From: Eledone cirrhosa
Taxonomy: Eukaryota
Assembly (NCBI GenBank): GCA_964016885.1
Contig: OZ024760.1
Span: 18,352,001 to 18,416,000 of the forward strand
Direction: 5' to 3'
DNA: 64,000 nucleotides
In this document: positions 13,758 through 26,839 of the stretch, piece by piece
Position numbering within the stretch: position 1 is the stretch's first letter
Layout: every line of letters begins with the position of its first letter
Program-made: the position numbers and the translations under genes
The notes under the pieces: generated by a model
The model's database searches: none
What the model was told of the DNA's origin: nothing
Seen by the model: only the letters and a program-made list of their open reading frames with translations

Positions 13758-14447
13758 AAAATAATAATGATAATGATGATGATTATGATGATGGTGATTA
13801 TACTACACTGCAAATGTTATATATAAAACTAAAAGTGCACCTTATCTACTTGTGGGTATTTATAAAGGGGTGTATAAGGGAACCTCTTTCTCTAGATGAG
13901 TTAATTTAAAGGTATCCCTCTGTGATATTAGGGATAATCCTGACATTGTTAATCCTTTGTGCATAATCTGTAATTTTATGCTGGAAATTATTACCTTTAT
14001 TTTATGATATAAATATAACTGGTTACTGAAAATACCTCATAAATCTGGGTTAGATCACCCTCACACCCTCACTATTTACCCTCAGGCTTTTCATATGTAC
14101 TTCTGTCTGTCTGTGTCTGTCTATCAGTCTGTCTGTTTGTCTGTATGTCTGTCTGTTTGTCTGTCTGTAAAAAGGTTGTCTCATTTTCAACATTAAATAA
14201 AGCTTATTAGTATTACAAAGTAATATATACATATATATATATATATTCTGAGTTAAGACTCCATTGGTTTTTTTCCATGGATTTCACAAAATCTGTGGAT
14301 AAAATTTCTGTCTTGACTTTTTTTTAATTGAGTTTGAATTATTTTCCCATTTCTTACGTTAAATATCTTCCATCTTGACGTTATAGTCACTTATATATTA
14401 TATATTATGAAATACTGTTGGCTTCTTGCTCACATTAATTTCTATAT

Positions 14448-14493
<46 letters not shown>

Positions 14494-14919
14494 TTTCTCC
14501 CTGTCTCTCTCTTTATATATATGCACACACACACACACAGAGAGAGGGGGGAGGGAGATCTGAGTCATACAACACACTTCACCACTGAACTATACACAAA
14601 CATCCACATATAGGTGCAGGCATGGTTGTGTGGTTAATGAGTTCACTTTGCAGTCACCTGGTTTCAGGTTCCATCCCATTATGTGGCACCTTTGGCAAAT
14701 GTTTTCACAACAACCCACCCTGTCTTACTCTCCCTCTATGTCTTAGGGCCACTAGGGCTACACAAGACACCCCCCCCCCCCCCCCACTAGTCTCAAAGGG
14801 TCACGAACACTTTTAATATGGGTTTAAATTAAAATGTACAAATTGCAATATTTTAAACTCAAAAGTTTACTAAAAATCCTGGAAAACTCACACAGTTTAT
14901 TATCTGCAGTACTTATATA

Positions 14920-15360
14920 TAATTGTTTCTACTTTGGGCACAAGGCCAGCAATTACCCCAGTGCATTACTGGTACTTTATTTTATCGACCCCCGTAAGGA
15001 TGAAAGGCAAAGTTAACCTCGGCGGGATTTGAACTGAGGATGGCAAGGGCCGTAACTCTATGTGTCAAAGCATGGCGTCCGACCCTCTACCGATACTGCC
15101 AATCCACCGCCCTTTTATATCTACAGCACTTATATATATAATGGTTTCTTATATAGGCACAAGGTCAGCAATTTTGGGGAGGGGAAAGTCGATTAAATCG
15201 ACCCTAGTGCGTGACTGGTACTTTATTTTATCGACCCCCGTTAGGATGAAAGGCAAAGTTAACCTCAGTGGGATTTGAACTCAGATTATAAAGGGCCGTA
15301 ACTCTGTGCTGCAAAGCATGGCGCCCGACACTCTACCGACACTGCCAATCCACCGCCCTC
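14920..15360 (-). mobile_element. Two SINE family A copies; the second has a variant tail
   Basis: Two heads (about 15112 and 15360) with shared body. Confidence 0.8.
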
Positions 15361-15500
15361 ACAATTCTTATAAATAATAGAATTTAGGCTGAATCGGACT
15401 CAAATGTCTGTTCGTTCCCTCCTTGTTTAAATAGTACACTGGAAATTAACTACCAGTTATACATCAGGGGTTCACAACTCCACTTTGGGAACCACTGGTT

Positions 15501-15535
<35 letters not shown>

Positions 15536-15629
15536 CGTGACAGAAATAGGGAAGTGAAGGAACACCAAGCGAGAGAAAAGGGAACACTGTGTGATTTCAA
15601 GGTGACAGAATGTGGTAGCTGGACAGAAA

Positions 15630-15688
15630 GTTATGACGTTGCCCTCGTTTCTATAGAGAGAGAGGGGGGTGCCAATCAAGTGATGTAC

Positions 15689-15720
<32 letters not shown>

Positions 15721-15830
15721 TAGGGAACATCATTTATTTAGAGAGAAAGAGAGAGTGTGTGCGAACAGAAAGAGACAGATGATGTCGCCCCCGTCTGGTG
15801 CTATATAAAATACATTGTTTCCGATTTGTT
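15630..15830 (+). promoter_or_regulatory. Candidate Pol II promoter (CRE half-site, CCAAT box, GC/CTCF-like motif, TATA box)
   Basis: TGACGT near 15634, GCCAATC 15671-15677, CGCCCCCGTCTGG 15786-15798, TATATAAA 15802-15809, followed by unique non-repetitive sequence. Confidence 0.5.
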
Positions 15831-16025
15831 TGGTTCTGGAGAAATTCTTTTGTTAACTAAAGTACATTGTAGATGTGATTTCTGTCGGTTTGTTTTCGGT
15901 AGTAATTAGTACAGGAATGGTGATTAGAATCTAATGAAGCGTACCAATTGTGAGAAGGTCTTTTATTAAAACAAAACACTGAAATTCTCACCTGTCTGTG
16001 GCTTTGTACCGCTACATTGTCTTAG
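15830..16025 (+). other. Putative non-coding first exon (5'UTR) of the CDC42SE-like gene
   Basis: Unique sequence starting about 25 nt after the TATA box and ending at TTAG|GTATTT. The link to the 62151 exon is inference. Confidence 0.35.
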
Positions 16026-16243
16026 GTATTTGGCTGGGTTTTTACCTGAGATTCTTCAGACCAACAGAGGTTGTCATTATAATTAAATGTTGGTTGTGTT
16101 TGTTGTTAGTAAACATCTACTGTTGGACTGTGGGGTGGGACATTGATTGGTTTGGGTCCTGGACATTGAGTACATGTATTTACGTACATACACACACACA
16201 TATATATACATAGACATATATATATATATATATATACATATAG

Positions 16244-16321
<78 letters not shown>

Positions 16322-16343
16322 AGATACACACACACACACAGAT

Positions 16344-16376
<33 letters not shown>

Positions 16377-16905
16377 CATAGACATATATATATATATATA
16401 TATATACATAGACATACACACACAGATACACACACACACACACATATATATACATAGACATATATATATATATATATACATACATAGACATACACAGATA
16501 CACACACACACACATATATATATGTATATATATGGATATATATACACATATATATACATAGACATACACAGATACATACACACACAGATACAGATACACC
16601 CCTCCCCCCTCTATTGTCATAACTTCCACATCTCTCACATCTCTACCTCACATTTAGTTTCTAATTATTAGTTCTACTAATTAGCTAATTAATTATAACT
16701 ATAATACCATAGAAGAGATGAGACAACAACAGAGAGAGGGAGAGAGGGGTAGAGAGAGATGTGATAGAAAGAGGAAGATAGAGAGACTGTTAATTAGAGA
16801 GAGAGAGAGAGGGAGCGAGACAGATAGTTAGATAGAGAAAGAGAGATAGATAGTTAGATATATATATATATGAGAGACAGAGATATATATCTATATCTCT
16901 CTCTT

Positions 16906-16950
<45 letters not shown>

Positions 16951-17055
16951 TATTTAGTCAGCCATTTTGAGGATATATATATATCAGTTATAAACATTTA
17001 TATTTGTTGAATTACCAACATATAAGATCAAAAGATGGTTAAAAGAGTTCCATGT

Positions 17056-17124
17056 ATTTTATTATGCGCATTTCAAAAACAAATATCATCATGCGATGAC
17101 ATTTGCGTTTTCGTCAGATAAAAT
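17056..17124 (-). ncRNA. Type I hammerhead ribozyme (PLE-type, palindromic helix III)
   Basis: ATTTTAT-CTGACGA-AAACGCAAATGTCATC(GCAT)GATGATATTTGTTTTT-GAAA-TGCGCA-TA/ATAAAAT: 7-bp helix I, long helix II, ATGCGCAT palindrome, AUA site. Confidence 0.8.
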
Positions 17125-17283
17125 AAGGAGACATGATATGAAGGTTAAAACACACTTATGAATAGTGCAGTTTTAAATCAACATATTGATATGTTGATTT
17201 AAAACTGCACTATCCGATATCTGTGTGCTACTTATCCGATATCTGCATTGCTTTATTGTACTACAATAAAACTCACCTCCTAC

Positions 17284-17333
<50 letters not shown>

Positions 17334-17461
17334 GATGTCCAAAATAATGTATACACACTTCAACAACATTCTAATCAAAGTGTATACATTTTTAGTTATA
17401 ATTGAATATTTTTATATATTTATAATTAATTATCCTGAAATTAGAATCATAGAATGTCTTT

Positions 17462-17962
17462 TTAACCTTTTAGCATTTAAACCGGTCATAACTGGCTGCT
17501 CATATTGATGTTGAGGTATTGCTCTCAAAATAAATAATATCGATATTTCATAGATTTGATATTATGTGAGATATTTATGTAAGGTAAAGCCTTTACCTTG
17601 AAAATATAATTGTAAATGTAGAGTAATCTAAATACTAAAGAGTTAAACTGGCTGTACCTGGCTAGAATTCTTTCACCTCTTTCTGTTCAAACCGGCTGTA
17701 ATTGGCTGCTCATACTTATATTAAGGTATTGTGAGATAATTTTGGCCAGATATGGCTGGTTTAACCCTTTAGCATTTACATTACTCTATATATATACTAT
17801 TGTATTTTCACAATCAAGGCTTTATCTCACATAATATTGAATCTATGATATTTTGATATTATTTATTTTGAGAACAAAACCTTAACTAAAGTATGAGTGG
17901 CTAGTTATGGCCAGTTTGAACAGAAAGAGGTGAGAGAATTCTGGCTGGTTATGGCCAGTTTA
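17462..17962. mobile_element. Cluster of piggyBac-like (TTAA) MITE copies in both orientations
   Basis: TTAA-CCTTTTAGCATT...TAAAGAG-TTAA (17462-17646), a partial copy, then an inverted copy starting TTAACCCTTTAGCATT at 17761. Confidence 0.7.
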
Positions 17963-18574
17963 ATGTGGTTTTATGTGGTAGAGGACGTTAAGAGTTTTTT
18001 TTTAAATATGAGGGGTGGTTGGCATCAGGAAACAGATCTGGCCATAAATATTTTGCCTCAAAAGTCTCGTCTATCTCATGTCAGCGTGGAAAAACAGATG
18101 TAAAAATGATGATGGTATTGTGTGATGTGAGTGGGAACTGAAAGAGAGAAAGTCTTGCAGTGTTTTCTAAACTTTAACAGATGTTAGTCTCTGTGGTTGA
18201 GGAATTGTTGAAAGCAATTCTTCACAATTGGCTCACATCCATTATAGTTGGAACCATCACAGAAACCATTTCAGTTTTTTTTAAATATTCTGGGGGGCTT
18301 TTTTTTTCTTTGTTTTTGTGCATTTTTCTCACCTGGATTTACCCCAGAAACTATTTTTGAGTGTAACAGGTATGGCTGTGTGGTTAACAAGTTCGTCTTG
18401 CAACCACATGGTTTCAGGCATACGTCCCAGTACACAGCAGTTATGACGTCTTCTAATGTAGTCTTGGTAGACAGAGGCTGTATAGAAGTCTGTTTCTGAG
18501 GAGGACGGCAATTGAACAGGGGTTTTCAAGACCAGAAATAGTAACTTAACCACTACCTAGCACTATACTGCTGG

Positions 18575-18718
18575 GTTAGTTCAGATCTAGCTGTCGAAAC
18601 GACTGGAGCTCAGCCATCGGGGTCCTGACTTTTTTCCTATTACCCACCCACTCTACTACCCTGTGTATCGAGTACTCTGGTGCATTATGGTCCACCTGGT
18701 ATCTTACCACACCTTCTT
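18575..18718. mobile_element. Fragment of a long-TIR non-autonomous element
   Basis: Shares sequence with 6340-6422, 43182-43258 and 63131-63514. Confidence 0.6.
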
Positions 18719-18722
18719 TATT

Positions 18723-18769
<47 letters not shown>

Positions 18770-18981
18770 TGTGTGTTATTGATGTTATTGATAGACATGA
18801 GAAAAAGTACTCAATACCAAAGTAGAGTTTAAATATTCATTTATTATGGCTAAGCAGTGAGCCTTGTTACTCTGGAGATGCTGCCAGCATCTTTAAGGTT
18901 CTTCACTCTGTTTTATAAGTCATTTCATAACATCGCAATGCATGAGCATGCCATTCTTTTATATATATATATATATATATA

Positions 18982-19378
18982 TAATTGTTTCTACTTTTGG
19001 TACAAGGCCAGCAATTACCCAGTGTATTACTGGTACTTTATTTTATCGACCCCGTAAGGATGAAAGGCAAAGTTAACCTATAAATAATTGTTTCTACTTT
19101 TGGCACAAGGCCAGCAATTACCAGTGTATTACTGGTACTTTATTTTATCGACCCCTTAAGGATGAAAGACAAAGTTAACCTATAAATAATTGTTTCTACT
19201 TTTGGCACAAGGCCAGCAATTACCCAGTACATTACTGGTACTTTATTTTATCGACTCCGTAAGGATGAAAGGCAAAGTTAACCTCAGCAGGATTTGAACT
19301 CAGAATGGCAAGGGCCGTAACTCTATGCGTCAAAGCATGGCGTCCGACCCTCTACCGATTCTGCCAATTCACCGCCCT
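18982..19378 (-). mobile_element. SINE family A with a triplicated 3' half
   Basis: One head at about 19378 and three tandem body/tail segments. Confidence 0.85.
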
Positions 19379-19509
19379 TATATATTAATAATAATATTCG
19401 ATTCGTTTGCAATTATGCAAACAAACCTCATTTTTAAGGCCATGTCAGTAGAATGAGCCCCTCGTTCTTGCTCTTGTGTTGGCATGGAAACAGAACTGTT
19501 TTTTTTATA

Positions 19510-19612
<103 letters not shown>

Positions 19613-19847
19613 GTGTGTGTGTTTATATAAATATATGTATTATATATATATACAGACACATATATACATGCCCCTGTTTTCCCTCAATTAAAAATATTTA
19701 ACAAAAACCATATTTCACCCCACAAATGTCATTCTAGAATATTCTTCATTTCCTCTTCCTTTTCTTCTTTTTCTTCTCTTTCTTTTTTTTTCTTCTTTTT
19801 GATTCTTTTCTTTTTTAGATTTCTTTGTTCATTCCAGCTTTTCTTCT

Positions 19848-19882
<35 letters not shown>

Positions 19883-20179
19883 CCTATCTCTCTCTGTCTT
19901 TCTCTCTCTATCTCTGTCCCCTCTCTCTGTTTCTGTTCCTATCTCTCTCTCTCTTTCCTCGTCTCTCTCCTTATCCCCCCCCCCTCTCTCACTCTTCCCC
20001 TCCCTCTCCCCTCTCCCTCCGCCCTACCCCCCATTAAGTGTCTAATTTAATTACTAAATATTATTCAATAGTCTCTAAGCTCCACTTCCTCCCCCACCCC
20101 TCATTAACGCCCCCCTTAACCTCCTCCCACCCTCACCCTGTCCCCTTTTCTCACATCCCCCCTGCTCTCTTTAAATATC

Positions 20180-21893
20180 CCCACCACCACTACTACTACC
20201 AACAACACTAACACTACACACTACCACTACTACCACCACCACAAACACCCATCACCAACACCACCACCCTCACCATCACCACCCATCACCAATACCACCA
20301 CCACCACCACCACTACAACACAACACCACCACTACACCACACCGCCACCACCACAACACTACACCACCACTACACTACACCACCACACCACTACACCACC
20401 ACACCACTACAACACTACACCACACCACCACCACTACCACCGCCACCACCACCACCACCACACCACCACCACACCACTACAACACTACACCACCACCACA
20501 CCACTACAACACTACACCACACCACCACCACTACAACACCACACCACCACCACTACCACCGCCACCACCACCACCACCACACCACCACCACACCACTACA
20601 ACACTACACCACACCACCACCACTACAACACTACACCACACCACCACCACTACAACACCACACCACACCACCACCACTACAACACCACACCACCACCACC
20701 ACTACAGCACCACACCACCACCACTACAACACTACACCACCACCACACCACTACAACACCACACCACACCACCACCACTACAACACCACACCACACCACC
20801 ACCACTACAACACCACACCACCACCACCACTACAGCACCACACCACCACCACTACAACACTACACCACCACCACACCACTACAACACTACACCACCACCA
20901 CACCACTACAACACTACACCACACCACCACCACTACAACACTACACCACACCACCACCACTACAACACCACACCACACCACCACCACTACAACACCACAC
21001 CACACCACCACCACTACAACACCACACCACACCACCACCACTACAACACTACACCACCACCACACCACTACAACACTACACCACACCACCACCACTACAA
21101 CACTACACCACACCACCACCACTACAACACCACACCACTACAACACTACACCACCACCACACCACTACAACACTACACCACCACCACACCACTACAACAC
21201 CACACCACACCACTACAACACCACACCACACCACCACCACTACAACACCACACCACCACCACCACTATGTTACCATACATTAAATATGGCAGGAAATAAC
21301 AACAAAACCTTTCTAATTCTCTTCCACAGACCTTGGCTGAGGTTTTTAATATAAATGTTTTTAGTGAACTTTACATATGTATGTGTGTGGCTTTTGTGTG
21401 TGTGTGTGTATGTCTGTCAGAGTGTGTGTGTCTGTCTGTATGTGTGTGTGTGTCTCTGTGTGTGTGTGTGTGTCTGTGTGTGTCTGTGTGTGTGTCTGTC
21501 TGTATGTGTGTGTGTATCTCTGTCTGTGTGTGTGTCTCTGTGTGTTTCTGTGTGTGTGTGTGTGTCTCTGTGTGTCTGTATGTGTGTGTCTGTGTGTATG
21601 TGTGTGTGTGTCTGTGTGTGTCTGTGTATGTGTGTGTGTATGTGTGTCTGTGTGTGTGTGTGTGTCTCTGTGTGTGTCTGTGTGTGTCTCTGTGTGTGTG
21701 TGTCTCTGTGTGTGTCTGTGTGTGTCTCTGTGTGTGTGTGTGTATGTGTGTGTCTGTGTGTATGTGTGTGTGTCTCTGTGTGTGTCTGTGTGTGTGTGTA
21801 TGTGTGTGTGTGTGTCTGTGTGTGTCTCTGTGTGTGTCTGTGTGTGTGTGTCTGTGTGTATGTGTGTGTGTCTCTGTGTGTGTGTGTATGTGT

Positions 21894-21946
<53 letters not shown>

Positions 21947-22361
21947 TGTATGTGTGTGTCTGTGTGTATGTGTGTGTGTGTATGTGTGTGTCTCTGTGTG
22001 TGTGTGTGTCTGTGTATAATGACAACATTAAATAAAGCGAAGTTTAAATTTTCATGGAAGAGAAAAGTTGAGATGTAAATTTGTTTTGAAAATTGTGGAG
22101 ATGGATGGATGGATGGACAGGTAAATAGACAGGTAAATAGATGGGTAGGTAGTGTGTGTGTGTGTGTTCTCTAGGCCTATGTGTGTGTGTGTGTTCTCTA
22201 GGTCTATATGTGTGTGTGTGTGTGTTCTCTAGGTCTATATGTGTGTATGTGTGTGTTCTCTAGGCCTATGTGTGTGTGTGTGTGTGTTCTCTAGGCCTAT
22301 ATATATGTGTATGTGTGTGTTCTCTAGGCCTATATATGTGTGTGTGTGTGTTCTCTAGGTC

Positions 22362-22392
<31 letters not shown>

Positions 22393-23021
22393 TCTCTAGG
22401 TCTATATGTGTGTGTGTTCTCTAGGCCTATATATATATATATGTGTGTGTGTGTTCTCTAGGTCTATATGTGTGTGTATGTGTTCTCTAGGCCTATATAT
22501 GTGTGTGTATGTGTGTGTTCTCTAGGCCTGTGTGTGTATGTGTGTGTGTGTGTGTGTGTGTGTTCTCTAGGCCTATATATATGTGTATGTGTGTGTTCTC
22601 TAGGCCTATATATGTGTGTGTGTGTGTGTGTTCTCTAGGCCTATATGTGGTATTTGAAGGTTTTGTAAATATTTATTCAGGGGTAAAATATCAAGTGTAA
22701 ATAATTCCATAAGTTGAGGGTTAGGAAAGGGTTCAGGGAGAGAGTGACATGATATATGGGGTATCAGAATATCAGGGTCTTGTGTTAGTAAACTATGACA
22801 TAATCCTGCTATATGGTATTATATAGCAACCTGGGACATTTCACTGGAGTCACATACTACTACTACTACTACTACTACTATACTACTACTACTGACACCA
22901 CTACCACCACTACTACTACTACTACTACTGACACCACTACCACTACTACTACTACTACTACTACTGACACCACTACCACCACTACCACTACTACTACCAC
23001 CACTACTACTATTACTACTGT

Positions 23022-23057
<36 letters not shown>

Positions 23058-23470
23058 CACTGACACCACCACCACTACTACTACTGCCACTGCCACCATT
23101 ACCATTACCACTACTACTACCACCATCTAATTACTATTACTACTGACACCGCCACCTCAGCCACCTTCACAACCACCATCACCCCTCCATCACCATCGCC
23201 ACCACACCACCACTGCTACAACACCATCCCACCATCACCATCGCCACCACACCACCACTGCTACAACACCATCCCACCATCACCATCGCCACCACACCAC
23301 CACTGCTACAACACCATCCCACCATCACCATCATCATCATCGCCACCACACCACCACTGCTACAACACCATCCCACCATCATCATCGCCACCACACCACC
23401 ACTGCTACAACACCATCCCGCCATCACCATCATCATCATCGCCACCACACCACCACACCACCACCCCCAT
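20180..23470. repeat. Compound low-complexity block: (CAC/CAA)n, (TG)n, TTCTCTAGGCCTA-(TG)n minisatellite, (CTA)n
   Basis: Direct reading of the sequence. Confidence 0.9.
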
Positions 23471-25711
23471 ATGTAGAAATAGTATACAGTGTCATATATC
23501 AGTGAAATCCTCAAAAATGTGGACCTACTCACAAATGTCACATTTCTCTCTCTCTCTCTCTCTCTCTCTACCTCTCTCTCTCTACCTCTCTCTCTCTCTA
23601 TCAAATAACACACACCCTCTCTCTCTATCTCTCTCTCCCTCTCTGTCTCCCTTTTTCTTTCTCAAATAACACCATGTCTCTCTCTATCTATCTATTTCTC
23701 TATCAAATAACACACTATCTCTCTCTATTAAATGCCACACTTCTATATCTCTATCTATCTATCTATCTCTCTCTCTCTACCTACCTCTTTCACTACCTCT
23801 TTCGCTGCCTCTCTCTCTACCTACCTCTTTCACTTATCTCTCTCCACCCACCTCTCTCTACCACATTAGTCTTAACCAGCTGAGATAACTCTGTGAGTGA
23901 GAGAGTGTGTATATGTCTGTGTGTGTGTATGTGTGTGTCACTGTGTGTGTGTGTGACTGTCTTAGTATGTATGTATATGTTTATGTGTCGGTCTGAGTAT
24001 GTGTGTGTGTGTGTGCGTGTGTGTGTATGTGTATATGTGTGTGTGTGTATGTGTATATGTGTGTGTGTGTGTGTGTATGTGTGTGTGTGTCATTTTAAAT
24101 GAGATCTGTTAAGATGTCCTAGAAATATTATGACAATACAATAATACTAAATTAGTTCTGACACAGCAGAGCCATGATTAGAGACCTAGTGTATCTAGGA
24201 CTACATTGTCTAATGTGTCCTTACAGTTTAGTCCAACTGTGACTGTTGTATCTCGTTCTGACATAGTGTATCTAGGACTACATTGTCTAATGTGTCCTTA
24301 CTTGTTGTTGTTTAACCCTAGGCCAATCTCGATCCACTATCGGCTGTCACTTCCATATTTTATTCTGACATAATGTATCTAGGACTACATTATCTAATGT
24401 GCCCTTGTTTCTGTCAAGAGTTGTGACCCCGGTAGATATTATCAACAATGGAAAGACCAATGGAAACATTGTTTCCTTGGTCCGATTTGATGATGAGGAG
24501 GAGGGGGGGGGGCGTTGAATGTTGTAGAGATGGTGGTGTATATTGTGTGTGTGATGGGGGATGTTATAAGGGGTGTGTATGAGGGTGGAGAGCTGGGTAT
24601 CTCTATCTTTTTGTGGGTGTGTATGGGTATGAGGGTATGGTGTTGTGTGTATGTATATATGTATGTAGGGGGAGTGATTGTATATATATATATATATAGG
24701 GGTAGAGTGTTGTGTGTGTATATATATGGATATAGGGGTAGAGTGTTTCATATATTTATTTTCTCTTTTGTAGTAAATCTAATATGTTCTGGTTGTTATC
24801 ACATAATGGGGTGCCGTTTGGGGTATCTTGTTATCTGATAAACAAGCTAATGTATTTGTAGTAGTAACACCCCCACCCCCTCTACAGACCTTTCCAAACT
24901 CTTACAGCCCTACACACCCTCAGCCACACACCCTCAGCCCTACACATACCCTCAGTCTCTAGCTTGCTACTGCATGAACTGAAGTAAATTCCCTGGTTTG
25001 GGTGGGTTGGTGGGTGTTTGTGTGGTTGGTGGGTGTTATCTTGATGTAAAGTACATAAGACAAACAGACAGACAGATAGAGGGACAGAGAAGGGGGTGTG
25101 ATGGAGGGTTTGGTGAAGGCCCCCAGAACTCTGAATTAGGGTTTGATATCACACCTAGCTTTTGAAGTATCGATGGAAAAGGAACATCTTCCTACATCTA
25201 CCCCACATTTACCTACACTACACCACATCTACCTCCACTCCTCTTTTCCTCCACTTCTCTCCCCCCACACTACACGCCCACCTGCCCCTAAACTCCCCCC
25301 CCTCTACCCCCCCCCCCCCCAACCACCACCACCACCACTACACCAACTCACCCCACCAGTACACCACCCTGACTCCCCCACCTCTCCATCCTCTCCACCT
25401 GCCCCTAAACTCCTACACCCCCACCACCACCACTACACCAACTCACCCCACCACTACACCACCCTGACTCCCCCACCTCTCCATCCTCACCCCCCCACCT
25501 CTCAATCCTCTCTCCCTACCCCTCCCCACATCTACCAACACTACAAATATATATTAGAAGTATCACCAGATTGTTGGTTTATTAACAATAGATATTTCTG
25601 TTACTTTGTAACAACACTCGTTTCATTTCATCTAAAGCTCTTTTAAAAGTGAAATGAAACGAAATCATCATCATTACTTTTACCTCATCAAGGGGCGGTG
25701 AATTGGCAGTA

Positions 25712-25880
25712 TCGGTAGAGGGTCGGACGCCATGTTTTCTAGCATAGTTATGTCCCTTTATGATCTGATTTCAAATCCCGCTGAGGTTAACTTTGCCTTT
25801 CATCCATACGGGGTCGATAAAATAAAGTACCAGTAATGTACTGGGTAATTGCTGGCCTTGTGCCAAAAGTAGAAACAATT
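25712..25880 (+). mobile_element. SINE family A
   Basis: Head, body and tail match the family. Confidence 0.85.
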
Positions 25881-25894
25881 ACTTTTACCTCATC

Positions 25895-26165
25895 TATTCC
25901 ATGTTATCTCATGTTATCCCATGTTATCTCATGTTATTCTGTTATCCCATGTTATCTCGTGTTATCTCATGTTATTCCATGTTATCCCATGTTACCTTGT
26001 GTTATTCCATGTCATCCCATGTTATCTCGTCTTATTCCATGTCATCCCATGTCATCTCGTCTTATTCCATGTCATCCCATGTTATCTCGTCTTATTCCAT
26101 GTCATCCCATGTTATCTCGTCTTATTCCATGTTATCTCGTGTTATTCCATGTTATTCCATGTTAC
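25895..26165. repeat. 10-bp minisatellite (ATGTTATTCC variants)
   Basis: Direct periodicity. Confidence 0.9.
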
Positions 26166-26436
26166 ATATATATATTTGTAAGAACAAGAACAAAAATATT
26201 GAAATTAAACATTTAAATGTTAAATATTTAATTGTCCTGATATTTTGGGTAAAATATTCCTTATCAGGTATTTTGTGAGATACTCTTACAGTGTTGCCCT
26301 ATATTAACAACACAGACATTGAAACTGTACAGTGATTTATTTAATTGTAAAACAACAATTTCATCTTGTTTATATATTTACTATAACTTCCGTGTCCAAT
26401 GTGTAGTAAATGGATTTCTTTTTCTTGTTATTTCAG

Positions 26437-26490
26437 GTAAGATTCACTCAAGTTAATGTCAGACTCTCAAAAGAAATTAGTTACCAAGAG
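26437..26490 (+). other. Candidate recursive splice site with 54-nt RS-exon (or a small non-coding exon)
   Basis: TTTCTTTTTCTTGTTATTTCAG|GTAAGA at 26436/26437 and a second donor GAG|GTAAGC at 26490/26491. Confidence 0.55.
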
Positions 26491-26839
26491 GTAAGCTGTC
26501 AGTTTGGTTTCGGTTTAATTCACTTGGAGTACCAGGAATTTAATTTAATTTATAATCAATCCAATGATTGGTTGGTGTCATATAACAGAATCAGCAGAGC
26601 ATCAGATAAAGTGCTCTGCAGTATTTCCTTATGGCACGCAACATTCTGAGTTCAAAACTGAATGCGGTCTGTTTTGCTTTTCATCCTTCTGAGGTCAATA
26701 AAATAAAGTACCAGTCACGTACTGAGGGTTGGGGGGGGGGGTCTATAAAACAAAGTACCAGTTAACTATGGGGGTGGGGGGTAAAATAAAATACCATTCA
26801 AGTACGGGGGGGACAGCAGTAAAATAAAGTACCAGTCAA

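Noticed and set aside
21310-21345. Acceptor-like TTCTAATTCTCTTCCACAG (also a possible exon at 36266-36370)
   Set aside because: No confident partner splice site. It cannot be supported without RNA data.
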